In this document: piece by piece, positions 28,457 through 38,014 of the stretch
Layout of the letters: each line of letters opens with the position of its first letter
Numbering within the stretch: position 1 is the first letter of the stretch
Origin: Minisyncoccia bacterium
GTDB taxonomy: Bacteria > Patescibacteriota > Minisyncoccia > UBA6257 > 2-01-FULL-56-20
NCBI GenBank assembly: GCA_049997875.1
Contig: JBEKRC010000002.1
Location: forward strand, 66,755-130,754
Length of the DNA: 64,000 nt
Direction: 5' to 3'
Made by a program: the position numbers and the translations under genes
Notes under the pieces: generated by a model
Told to the model about the DNA's origin: nothing
The model's database searches: none
The model's input: the letters and a program-made list of their open reading frames with translations, nothing else

Positions 28457-29953
28457 TTAAGAAGCAAGTTTCTTGCGTGCGAGGGCGATCCGGCGAAGCG
28501 ATTCTTGCTTTCCCAACACCTCCATGATTTCCAAGGGATCAGGCGAGGCTCTCTGTCCGGAAACTGCCACGCGGAGAGGCCACAGCACCGCTCCCCTCTT
28601 CTCATCAATCGTCGTAATGGTGTTCGTGACGGCCGCCGATAACGTTTCGCGGTTGAATTCCTGCGCATTGATCTTTAAAAGCGCGTCGTCCATCGCCGCG
28701 AGTGCGGCATCTGTTTCCCTGACGGAGCTTTCTTTCCAGATCAAGAGTTCCTTTTCGTACTCCGGCAGGACAAGGAAAAAGCGGCCGAGCGTTACGAAGT
28801 CGCGGAGCGTGCTCGCGCGGTTGCGCTCCACATCAATGATTTTCATAAGGACATCTTCCTCGGGTTCGGAAAGGTCCTCGGATGCAAATGGCTTCAATGC
28901 ACGTATCTCGGCCGCGATCTTTTTATTGCTCATTTTCTTCAGGTGTTCGCGGTTCAGCCATTCCAGCTTTTCCGGATTGAACGCGGCGCCGGCTTGCTGC
29001 ACCCGCGCGAGGTCAAACTCCTTTATCAATTCCTTTCTTGAAAGCACTTCGCGGTTGTCTTTGGGATGCCAGCCGAGAAGGGCTAAAAAGTTGAAGAGTG
29101 CGTCCGGCAGGTACCCCTTCTCTCGATATTGCAAAAGCGCAGTGTCGGCGAAACGCTTTGACATCTTGCTGCGATCGGGATTCAGGATAAGCGGAATATG
29201 GGCATAGACGGGCTCCGCGAATCCGAGCGCGCGCTGCATGAGAATCTGCTTCGGGGTGTTTGACAGATGATCCTCCCCGCGGATCACATGACTGATCTTC
29301 ATAAGTTCGTCGTCCACCACGACCGCGAAATTATAGAGCGGATTCAGAAGATCCTTCGCGATCACGATGTCGCCGAAGAGCGAGGTATCAAATGCAACTT
29401 TTCCGCGGATAAGATCATTAAATTCCACGTTCGTTTCGGGAATTCTGAAACGGATCACCTCCGGGCTTTTTCCGGGCGGCGGCGCCTTCAGATTTCTGCA
29501 CCGCCCGTTGTATTTCGGCGGGAGTCCCTGCGCGAGCATCGCTTCGCGTTGCGCATCAAGCTCTTCTTTGGTGCAATAGCAGTAGTATGCTTCATCCTTG
29601 CCCAAAAGTTCCTGCAGATACTTTTTATAGATCGCGGTCCGCTCGCTTTGCCGGTAGGGACCGTACGGTCCTTTTTCGTCCGCCACCGGCAGCCGACCGC
29701 CGTCCGCAAGCGGTCCCTCATCCCAATCCAAGCCGAGCCACGCAAGGCCTTCCAGGATCTCGTCTTCGTATTTTTTCTCCGAGCGCTCCTTGTCCGTGTC
29801 TTCCACGCGCATCACGAACACTCCCCCGTGCCTGCGGGCGAAAAGCCAATTGAAAAGCGCCGTCCGCGCGGTCCCAATATGCAAAGGCCCCGTGGGGCTT
29901 GGCGCCATCCTCACGCGGACCGGCATGTCCTTTTCCTCCTTTGTTCCCGCCAT
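28457..29953 (-). CDS. gltX: Glutamate--tRNA ligase
   Basis: RMAPSPTGPLHIG, RVEDTD, KMSKR. Confidence 0.97.
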   Translation of the reverse strand: MAGTKEEKDMPVRVRMAPSPTGPLHIGTARTALFNWLFARRHGGVFVMRVEDTDKERSEKKYEDEILEGLAWLGLDWDEGPLADGGRLPVADEKGPYGPYRQSERTAIYKKYLQELLGKDEAYYCYCTKEELDAQREAMLAQGLPPKYNGRCRNLKAPPPGKSPEVIRFRIPETNVEFNDLIRGKVAFDTSLFGDIVIAKDLLNPLYNFAVVVDDELMKISHVIRGEDHLSNTPKQILMQRALGFAEPVYAHIPLILNPDRSKMSKRFADTALLQYREKGYLPDALFNFLALLGWHPKDNREVLSRKELIKEFDLARVQQAGAAFNPEKLEWLNREHLKKMSNKKIAAEIRALKPFASEDLSEPEEDVLMKIIDVERNRASTLRDFVTLGRFFLVLPEYEKELLIWKESSVRETDAALAAMDDALLKINAQEFNRETLSAAVTNTITTIDEKRGAVLWPLRVAVSGQRASPDPLEIMEVLGKQESLRRIALARKKLAS

Positions 29954-29986
29954 GTCTCCCCTATTTTACCGCAAATTCTGGAGGAC

Positions 29987-30152
29987 GACCACGATGCCTT
30001 TTCGGAACCCGCTCCAGCTCGGGCGCTCTCCTCGCTCGCTTACGAAAATTTGACACCCTCCGCGGCGAGCACGGGGGTCCCGTCAAATTTTCTGCTCACT
30101 CGGAGAACGCTAATTCCTCGCCTCCGCTCGGTTCCTCAAAGGCATCGTGGTC
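29987..30152. repeat. 166-nt imperfect palindrome (REP/MITE-like element or structured ncRNA)
   Basis: 15-bp terminal IR GACCACGATGCCTTT/AAAGGCATCGTGGTC, inner GGAACC/GGTTCC and GAAAATTTGAC/GTCAAATTTTC. Confidence 0.8.
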
Positions 30153-30155
30153 ATC

Positions 30156-31880
30156 TTAAACGATCTCTGCTTGGTAGCACTGCTCGCAATAGACGATCTC
30201 AGGGCGGTCAGGAGCGTAGGAGGTTTCAAATTCGTTGGGGCACTTGCCTTTGTGAGTATGATTCTGTTTGTCGCACATGCAGGAACGATGCCACAGTTTG
30301 AGCGGATTCCTCTGTCTGATCCGGGCGTAATGGCGGCAGTTCGGACAAAGGGCGGGGACCGCAACGTCGAGCCGTTTGTACAGCTCAAGTTCCTCCCACG
30401 TCATGCGAAAAGCCTCCGTGCATTGCTCGTGGCATTGGCCCCCGTGAGCACACGCAAAAATTTCATTCAACAAGGAATTGTTCAGCTCCTTCACTCCGGC
30501 AGCTCTTTTGGTTGCGACGTAGTTCTTCTCTTCCGGCTCCCGCCAATCAAAGCCGAGCTTGGCGGCCCCACTTTTATCAAGCGTGAAATATTCCTGTGCC
30601 ACAGTCTCGTTATAGGCGAACGGAGAATGCTCTATCGGGAAGAACTCACCGTATTTATACTCACGCCCCACTCTGTCCCGAAATGAGACCTGCCCCATTT
30701 GTTTTTTGATCTTTCCGAGGAGAGCTTCGTATTCCTCTTTGGCGTACTGCTTGTTGAAGATGCAACAGTGCTTGTCCCGCAGCGCGATGCAACCAAACAG
30801 GTCGCTTGAGCCATGGCACATCTCGCAATATTCGAGGTGATGGTTGTCGTAGGAAATACTGGAAAACTTTGAGTAGCTCAGGCGGTTTCCCGCATGGCAT
30901 TCGTACTGCCGCTCGCAGTTGAACGCGGGCTCGTAGGCGTCGTAGCAGTCCTTCAGATTCGCTGCATCCGCACTGTAAGCGCTGTTCTCTGATTCGTATA
31001 CATGAAAGCCGTGCTTCACGTTCCTGCACTCGAACAGATAGTCACCGGTGGAGTCCACGATTTTGTTGAAGGTAGCGTACTTGCGGATGCTTTTCGCCAG
31101 CACTTCGCTCTCGAACTGTTTCTTCAGACGCTCGAGGGATTGGGAATCTTTGGTTTTGATGCCAGTAATCCTTTTCTCATACTCCTCCCTTGAAAGCTGC
31201 TGGCCCATAAAGACGCAGTTCTGGTTCCGCAAGTTGGCCGACATGAAGCAGTGCTGGCAGCCACGGCAGTCATAGAGAAAGGCGCAATCAATGCAGTCCG
31301 AGCAGAGGAATAGGAACTTGCTGCGCGAGCACTTGTCGCATTCGTTCAGTTCGTAGCAGAGCTCCGATTCAAATGCTCCGTAGCAATCCATCACGTCGCG
31401 ACACTTGATGACCCATTTACTGTAGAGCACGTTTTCGCTGAAGCCCGTGTCAACACACAGATAGCAGTCCTTTGGATGGTCGGTATGGTTGGTATACGGA
31501 CTGTTCACGGGATTCTTCTGGTACAGGGCGACTCGCGGGATTGCCAAACTTAGCTCATAAAACTGCTGGAAGAACGGTTTTGAAAAGTCGTACTCCTTGC
31601 CGTATTCAAAAGGGTCCCATTTATCGCTCCACCAACATGCGTTGCAGTACACCTTGAATTTGCTCCCTTTTGGGTACATGGAAATGATGTCTGCGTGGCA
31701 GAAGTCGCAGGAACGTTTGTAAAGGGTGCGCTCGTTGCGGCGGGCCATTTTGCGTTGTAGGCGGCAATCGGGACAAAACGTCGGCGGCGGGACATCTATT
31801 TCCTTGTAGAATGCGGAATCCTCCGGCTCAATTGTGAACTGGTTCTTGCAATTCTGACAAACGCGGATTTCTGGTCCCAT
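30156..31880 (-). CDS. Cys-rich zinc-ribbon/repeat protein of a family common in CPR
   Basis: CQNCK, PTFCPDCR, periodic CxxC repeats, terminal VYCEQCY. Confidence 0.85.
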   Translation of the reverse strand: MGPEIRVCQNCKNQFTIEPEDSAFYKEIDVPPPTFCPDCRLQRKMARRNERTLYKRSCDFCHADIISMYPKGSKFKVYCNACWWSDKWDPFEYGKEYDFSKPFFQQFYELSLAIPRVALYQKNPVNSPYTNHTDHPKDCYLCVDTGFSENVLYSKWVIKCRDVMDCYGAFESELCYELNECDKCSRSKFLFLCSDCIDCAFLYDCRGCQHCFMSANLRNQNCVFMGQQLSREEYEKRITGIKTKDSQSLERLKKQFESEVLAKSIRKYATFNKIVDSTGDYLFECRNVKHGFHVYESENSAYSADAANLKDCYDAYEPAFNCERQYECHAGNRLSYSKFSSISYDNHHLEYCEMCHGSSDLFGCIALRDKHCCIFNKQYAKEEYEALLGKIKKQMGQVSFRDRVGREYKYGEFFPIEHSPFAYNETVAQEYFTLDKSGAAKLGFDWREPEEKNYVATKRAAGVKELNNSLLNEIFACAHGGQCHEQCTEAFRMTWEELELYKRLDVAVPALCPNCRHYARIRQRNPLKLWHRSCMCDKQNHTHKGKCPNEFETSYAPDRPEIVYCEQCYQAEIV

Positions 31881-32050
31881 AGATCTTATTCTACCTCATT
31901 CGCCCAGATGCGACATTCACAACGCGCACGTGTTCATTTTGGTTACAAGGCGAATGACGCTGAACCCGTTGTCAGATGGTTCGTGACCGTGTATTATGAT
32001 GCTAGCGGTAAGTTAGTTGTCCCGCTATAGATGCCTGAAGGAGGTTACCG

Positions 32051-32242
32051 ATGGGAGACGTTAATCTAGAAGTACCTGACTTTACAAAACTCATGGAGGG
32101 CATACCCCCGGATGACTATGTGGTAGTTTCTGATGATAGCACGAGCGTGCTCGCTCACGGACCTATCTTTGAAGAGGTCATCGAGAAAGCCCCCAAGGGT
32201 TTCGTTATCCGCAACACGAGGCTACCTCTGGTTCTCGCGTGA
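32051..32242 (+). CDS. Small protein, DUF5678-like
   Basis: YVVVSDDSTSVLAHGPIFEEVIEKA pattern; AAGGAGGT SD. Confidence 0.55.
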   Translation: MGDVNLEVPDFTKLMEGIPPDDYVVVSDDSTSVLAHGPIFEEVIEKAPKGFVIRNTRLPLVLA

Positions 32243-32384
32243 ATGCGGGACGAGCAGGAAACTGGCGCGCAGGAGGTCAGCAATGATCGTTCTCCCTGCG
32301 CGCCTTTTCGTTTTGATAATGTCTGCTCTGGCAGCTGGAGGATGTGAGAACCTACCTAAAAAAGTCTACTTTGGGCAACTCTCC

Positions 32385-33290
32385 TCACAAGCCCTCATCT
32401 GGATTGTCGGTTTCTGCTTTTAGGGCATCAGCAATATATGATTTATACCTAGACAAAACCTCCCTGACTTTCTGATTATTATCTTGATCGTCTCCTTGAG
32501 ATATTTTTATAAAATCAGGTAGCGTGGCCAACGCAACCATTTCTTCAACCGGTTTTCCATTAATCTCCTTAATTCCCGATTTTTGTAACTCTACCATCAA
32601 TTGAACCAGGGCCTCTTCCGTGCCGCAGACGATTTTCTTCACTTTTTCTATAGGGATACCAATCTTAAACATCTGCTCATTACCGTAGTTCCAAGATTTC
32701 TTTTGCGTTTCAAACAATTCTTCGGGGCTTACCCTGCCTCTAAAAGTGGTCGGGTCGGCGCCGCCATGTCGGTCCTCATTGAAAGAATACCAATCAAGCC
32801 TATCAACAATGTCCGGTTCAAACACCAAAGACACAACGCCGGGATCAACCTTCGTCTTAGAGTTAGCTAATCCTTCCGGTGTCACAATACGAGTGAAAGC
32901 GAATTCGGCGGCCCCTGTCTGTAAATCAATGTCAGAAGACAAACCCTTTGTCGTTAATTTTCTTCGCAGGCGTTCCTTGGTGGACAACAGACCTCCTTCT
33001 TTAATCATCTGCGATACGTCTTTCGGCTCATAGGTATGATGATAAATTGCAAAAGGGGTAATCTTTTGATACTCTCGGTACTTTCCCGGCTCTACAAAGG
33101 TGGAGTACCCAGGAAAGATTTCTTTTTTGTCTAAGCGCTTTTCAATACTCTCTGGCGCTTTGCTCATATAATGCCATCCATAGAGTGCTCTTTTTTCTTC
33201 CTCTTCCTTTTCTCGTCGTTCGCTCATCGCCCTTTGTTCGTCGGTCATCATCTCTTCAGCTTTTGTGATTTCCTCCTGCGATGGTTCCAT
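32385..33290 (-). CDS. Putative ADP-ribosyltransferase-fold (DarT-like) protein
   Basis: YHHT...IKEGGLLS..R, late NEQMF..IP..VKKI; AT-rich relative to neighbours. Confidence 0.55.
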   Translation of the reverse strand: MEPSQEEITKAEEMMTDEQRAMSERREKEEEEKRALYGWHYMSKAPESIEKRLDKKEIFPGYSTFVEPGKYREYQKITPFAIYHHTYEPKDVSQMIKEGGLLSTKERLRRKLTTKGLSSDIDLQTGAAEFAFTRIVTPEGLANSKTKVDPGVVSLVFEPDIVDRLDWYSFNEDRHGGADPTTFRGRVSPEELFETQKKSWNYGNEQMFKIGIPIEKVKKIVCGTEEALVQLMVELQKSGIKEINGKPVEEMVALATLPDFIKISQGDDQDNNQKVREVLSRYKSYIADALKAETDNPDEGL

Positions 33291-33304
33291 TGTATGTTGT
33301 GCTG

Positions 33305-34438
33305 TTATATCGCAAGCCGAAGCAATTCCTCCGCGATTTTTTCCGCTGCGTTGGGGAGGAAGAACTCACGTGCGGCGACACTCATCTTGGCGCGTAACTC
33401 CTGGTTGCCCAGAATCGCCTTCAGTTGCCCGAGAAAGATGCCTTCAAAGAGATTGGCTTCTTCTATCACGACCGCGCCGCCGCCCTTTGCGAATTCGTAC
33501 GCGTTTATTTTCTGATGGTCGTTGGCCGCATCGGCAAGCGGGATAAGGATCATGGGGATACCGAACGAGGCGACCTCGGCAATGGTATTGCTGCCGGCGC
33601 GCGAGACCACGAGATCGGCGGCGGCAAGCGCGAGCGAAAGGTCTTTCTCAAAATACCCCACGGCCTTGTAGCGATTTTGGAACGATTCGTCAATGAGCGC
33701 GGCGCGGGAGAGCCGCGCAACCTCCGGCAAATTCGCCGCGCCGGTTTGGTGAAACACCTGGGTCTCCTTTATAAGCGCGGCGATGCCTTCAAGAATGAAT
33801 TGATTGATCCGTTGTGAGCCCTGCGAACCGCCAAGAATGAGCGTAAGCGGACTCTGGGAATCAAAGCCAAGCGTTTCTTTTGTGGGTTCTTTCGCGGTTC
33901 TTCCTACGAGGAGTCCCTCCCGGATCGGCGTCCCCGTCACCTGCGTTTTCTGCGGATTGAAGTAAACGGCCGCGCTTGTGAAGCTCACGAACACTCTCCT
34001 CGCGAAACGCGCGGAAAAAAGATTGGTGAGACCCGGCTTCGCGTCGGATTCATGGATGGCGATGGGGATGCGATAAAACCAGCCGGCGACGACCACGGGC
34101 AAGGCACCTGTGCCGCCTTTTGAAAAAATGACGTCGGGCATAAGGAGGTACAGCTTGAAAAGCGCGTGGAGGAATCCGATAAAGAATTTGGGGATGTCAA
34201 CGAAGTTCGCTAATGATGCATACCGTCGGACCTTGCCGGCCACGATCGGCGAAAGCGTGACACCGCAGTCGGCGAAGAGCGGTTCGTATCCGTCCCGCGG
34301 ACCCACGCGGATCACCTCAAACGGCGCTCCGAGCTCGACGCACCGCTTTTTGAGCGCTTCAATCACCGCGATCGTGGGGTATACGTGTCCCCCGCTTCCC
34401 CCGCCCGCCACCACTACGCGAAAAGTTTCTTGCCTCAT
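33305..34438 (-). CDS. murG: Undecaprenyl-PP-MurNAc-pentapeptide GlcNAc transferase
   Basis: GGGSGGHVYP, HESD, GGSQGS, SRAG, HQKINA. Confidence 0.96.
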   Translation of the reverse strand: MRQETFRVVVAGGGSGGHVYPTIAVIEALKKRCVELGAPFEVIRVGPRDGYEPLFADCGVTLSPIVAGKVRRYASLANFVDIPKFFIGFLHALFKLYLLMPDVIFSKGGTGALPVVVAGWFYRIPIAIHESDAKPGLTNLFSARFARRVFVSFTSAAVYFNPQKTQVTGTPIREGLLVGRTAKEPTKETLGFDSQSPLTLILGGSQGSQRINQFILEGIAALIKETQVFHQTGAANLPEVARLSRAALIDESFQNRYKAVGYFEKDLSLALAAADLVVSRAGSNTIAEVASFGIPMILIPLADAANDHQKINAYEFAKGGGAVVIEEANLFEGIFLGQLKAILGNQELRAKMSVAAREFFLPNAAEKIAEELLRLAI

Positions 34439-34450
34439 TGTCTTCGTATG

Positions 34451-35560
34451 TTACGTATATTTTGACACATTGAGCGCGATCCCGCTCATGGTGAGAAAAA
34501 CCGCAAGTGCCGTGCCGCCGTAGCTTACGAATGGCAACGGAACCCCCGTGAGAGGAATGAGTCCGGAGGTCGCCGCCATATTCACGAATGCCTGGAGCGC
34601 GATCGCCGTTCCAAAGCCGATGAGGAGCAGTCGGCCGAAGCGATCGTTCGTCTTCTTCGCAAGCCAATAGAGGCGGGCGGCAAAGAGCGCAAAAAGCGCC
34701 ACAAGCGCGCCCGCGCCCACGAAACCGAGTTCCTCCGCCACCACGGCAAAAATGGAATCGTCAATCGGCGTTGGAAGATAGCTTGTTTTAGTTGCTGACT
34801 GCCCATAGCCCGCCCCCGTGAGCCCGCCCGAGCCAATGGCAATAAGCGATTGGTTCAGTTGATAATTCGCCCCTTGCGTATTCGCACTTTGGTCAAGGAA
34901 GCTAAGAATCCTCGTGCGGCGATACGGAGTGATATAGATCACGAGTCCGATAGCGACGACGGCGCAGAGTGCGATGAGAAGGATGTAACGTAGCGGCGCA
35001 CCGCTCATGAAGTACACCGCGAGTCCCGAGAAGAGAAGGATGGCGACCGTACTTGTCGCCGGTTGCAGGATGAGAAGTCCCGCGATAATGCCGGAGATGA
35101 TAAGAAACGGCAGAAGGCCCGCCTGAAAGTCGGTGGCACGCTTCAGTTTCGGATTAGAAAGCCAGGCCGCAAGGTAAATGATGAACGTAAGTTTCATGAG
35201 TTCCGCCGGTTGGAAGCTCAAAGGGCCGAGCCGGAGCCAACGGCTTGTATTGTTCGCTTGAAGGCCGAACGGCGTAAAGACGAGAACCAGCGCCGCCAAG
35301 CTCATGAGCAGTAAAATGAACGCCACTTTTTTCCAGTGCCCATAATATACGTAATACCCAACAAGAAATCCGACGATCCCGACCGATATGCCGTAGAGAA
35401 TCTGGTGCTTCAGGTAATAATAGGTGTCGTTGAACTGGGTTTTCCCGAGGTTGGACGAAGCGGACGCAAGCATGGCGAGTCCGAACACTACGAGGATGAC
35501 GATGATCGCGAAAAAAAAGTAATCCGGATTATGACCGCGCTTGCCGGAGCCGAGGATCAT
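34451..35560 (-). CDS. ftsW: SEDS family peptidoglycan polymerase FtsW
   Basis: RWL..GPLSFQPAELMK, YQLNQSLIAIGSGG, GVPLPFVSYGG. Confidence 0.92.
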   Translation of the reverse strand: MILGSGKRGHNPDYFFFAIIVILVVFGLAMLASASSNLGKTQFNDTYYYLKHQILYGISVGIVGFLVGYYVYYGHWKKVAFILLLMSLAALVLVFTPFGLQANNTSRWLRLGPLSFQPAELMKLTFIIYLAAWLSNPKLKRATDFQAGLLPFLIISGIIAGLLILQPATSTVAILLFSGLAVYFMSGAPLRYILLIALCAVVAIGLVIYITPYRRTRILSFLDQSANTQGANYQLNQSLIAIGSGGLTGAGYGQSATKTSYLPTPIDDSIFAVVAEELGFVGAGALVALFALFAARLYWLAKKTNDRFGRLLLIGFGTAIALQAFVNMAATSGLIPLTGVPLPFVSYGGTALAVFLTMSGIALNVSKYT

Positions 35561-37068
35561 GGTTTGTGGCGGAGCACTTTGCCCGCGAACATCTGCGCAC
35601 ATGCGCCATTATGCATCGCCACTTTGCCGTTCACTATGGTGAATTTGATCTCATCACTCTTGAAACACACAAGATCCGCAAAATTACCCTCCGTGACAGT
35701 TCCCCGGAGCGCAAGATCAAACTTTTTCGCCGGCGCCGCGGTAATCTTCGTGATTGCTTCTTCAAGCGGCATCAAATGTTCCTGTTCCACCATGGCCAAA
35801 AACTTGGTGAACGTGCTTGTGGTCCGCTCCGATTTCAACTGTCTGCCGGGCGCGGCGCTGTCGGTGAAGCTCGGGGCGTTGGAGGCGATAAAACTCCGCT
35901 TGGAGGCCATCGCGCGCTTTGTGAGATGGCTTGCAAGATTCCGGTAGAGCACGCCGCCCCGCATATTCATCGTCACCATGAGCCGGATGAGCGCGTCCCG
36001 CCCGTCGGTGAATCCATACATATGTTTCACTTCCTTTAACGATTTTCCCACCAAAAAGTCGTTGCCGGGCGCCTGCGCGATCACAAAATGCTCTTCGTCA
36101 AGGTGCGGCATGTCTTTGCGGATGCGCGCCGCGAGCCATTCGTCCTTTACGTTTGCGAGCATGACGTCCACGCCGCCGTTCTGCGCCCAAAGTGGAAGGA
36201 ACGTATAGATAGGCAAGAGTGAACTTGAAGAAGGATAAATATCAAAATGAAAGTCCATATCGTCCGGCAGGGCTTCTATCGCCGCGAGTGCGGTTTCATA
36301 CTCTTCTTCCGAACCGACGACGGGAACAAAATGGCTGACGAGGGTTTTTACGCCGGTTTCCTTTGCGAGGTTGATGGTTTCTTCTACCGAAGCTGCGATG
36401 CCTTTGCTCGGATTTCGCAAGTGCGTCGCATACACGCCATGAAATTTTTTTGCGATGCCTACAAGGGATTTAAGTTCCGCATAGGAGGTATTCCTCACAT
36501 GTACGTACGCAAGGCCGGTGGAAACCCCGAACGCGCCCTCCTCCAATGCCGCCGTGAGGGTCTGCGAAAAAACGTCCAATTCGTTTTTGGTGAGATCGCG
36601 CAAATCCTCTCCAAGGATCGCGCGACGGATCGTGGCGTGGCCTACGAGCGTCCCGAAATTTACACCAAGAGGTCGACGATCCAGTACCCTAAGAAACTCT
36701 CCCATTGCATGCCAATTGACGTTCACGCGGTTCGGATCGCCCCACTTGCTCACGGATTCCAGCGTGCCATAAAGGAGCGGCGCAAGCGATGAACCGCACA
36801 TGCCGCCCAGAATGGTCGTCACGCCCTGCTTCAAAAAATCCTCCTGCCCGGGATGCTCAAACAGCGTGAGATAATGGTCCGAATCGGTATTTACGTCAAT
36901 GAACCCGGGGCTCAAATACGCATCCTGGCCGTCCATGACTACATCAGCTTTTTTATTCGGAAAGTTGCCGATCGCCGAAATCTTGTCACCGCTTACGAAT
37001 ACATCGGATGAATCAGGAAACGGCCGGCTTCCACCCAAAATCCGCACGTTCTTGATGAGAAGCGTCAT
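35557..37068 (-). CDS. N-acyl-D-amino-acid deacylase-like amidohydrolase (metal ligands altered)
   Basis: PGFIDVNTDSD, QGVTT..GMCG, GVSTGLAY, YATHLR, RG....GNFADL. Confidence 0.85.
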   Translation of the reverse strand: MTLLIKNVRILGGSRPFPDSSDVFVSGDKISAIGNFPNKKADVVMDGQDAYLSPGFIDVNTDSDHYLTLFEHPGQEDFLKQGVTTILGGMCGSSLAPLLYGTLESVSKWGDPNRVNVNWHAMGEFLRVLDRRPLGVNFGTLVGHATIRRAILGEDLRDLTKNELDVFSQTLTAALEEGAFGVSTGLAYVHVRNTSYAELKSLVGIAKKFHGVYATHLRNPSKGIAASVEETINLAKETGVKTLVSHFVPVVGSEEEYETALAAIEALPDDMDFHFDIYPSSSSLLPIYTFLPLWAQNGGVDVMLANVKDEWLAARIRKDMPHLDEEHFVIAQAPGNDFLVGKSLKEVKHMYGFTDGRDALIRLMVTMNMRGGVLYRNLASHLTKRAMASKRSFIASNAPSFTDSAAPGRQLKSERTTSTFTKFLAMVEQEHLMPLEEAITKITAAPAKKFDLALRGTVTEGNFADLVCFKSDEIKFTIVNGKVAMHNGACAQMFAGKVLRHKP

Positions 37069-37217
37069 TCCCCTTCATTATACAACAAAATTCTCATGGC
37101 CCGCGCCGGACGTTGGTGAGATGCATGTAAGGTCCGAGTCCGGCCGCCGGAGCACCTAGTAAAAGTATCGGACAGATCGAGGAGGGTTCAGCTTCCCAAT
37201 ATGGGAGTAAGGTAAGG

Positions 37218-37246
37218 TTGACGATGGTTTTCCAATATAGTATGCT
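37218..37246 (+). promoter_or_regulatory. Sigma70-type promoter
   Basis: TTGACG-17 nt-TATGCT. Confidence 0.6.
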
Positions 37247-37312
37247 ATTGTCGGAATCGGGTCGTCCCGGATCTTGTAACCAAAATACGGAAGACACCAA
37301 TAAGGAGGGTGT

Positions 37313-37882
37313 ATGAGTAAGCTTCTCGAAATAAGAAAGGTCTTGTTTAACAACCCGAAGGTAGAGACGGTTGACATTCAAATTAACACAGAAATCCCCA
37401 CCAAAATGGCTTGCTGCACCGAACGGGTCGACAGTGAAAGCATCAGGATCTTTGTTGCTCCAAAAGTCGGCATCCGCGACGCCGATAAGCTGCAAGAATT
37501 CATGATGCAGTTGGTCCCAAACATGGCGGCGGCTCGCAGCGATCCTTTTCGTGAACTCGAGCATAAACTCCTCGTCGGAGTACTCTGGTTCGAGGAAGAA
37601 ATCGGGCGCGAGCATGTTCGTCGGGAGATTACGCTTACCGACGAGAGCCTGCTCACAAAACTTCCGGCAGGATTCGATGACGCCACAAGAGTCATCGAAA
37701 CAGAAAGCGCGCTTTTCCGTATCATATTTGTACGCGTGTATCCGAATGTCGCGGTTGCTTTGCTTGCCTCACAGGGCCAATTCCCAGACTACCCGCCCAG
37801 CGTCCCCAAAGGGGCGCTGGACGGGCAAAAGCGCATGCCGCGAATCCTCCATCGCCTCGGATTCACGATAGGAAAGCAGTGA
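37313..37882 (+). CDS. Hypothetical protein, paralog of 22720..23253
   Basis: Shared motifs; TAAGGAGG SD; downstream hairpin GGCAGAGGCAGCG/CGCTGTCTCTGCC. Confidence 0.85.
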   Translation: MSKLLEIRKVLFNNPKVETVDIQINTEIPTKMACCTERVDSESIRIFVAPKVGIRDADKLQEFMMQLVPNMAAARSDPFRELEHKLLVGVLWFEEEIGREHVRREITLTDESLLTKLPAGFDDATRVIETESALFRIIFVRVYPNVAVALLASQGQFPDYPPSVPKGALDGQKRMPRILHRLGFTIGKQ

Positions 37883-38014
37883 TAATGTCCTCCAGGCAGA
37901 GGCAGCGCTCCCAACGCTGTCTCTGCCTCCCACTTAAGCTCAGCAACGAAAGTTGATGATTTTAGGTGAGTGGACAGGCTCTAACGCCGTCCAGCCGCCA
38001 GAGCGTTAACTTAA

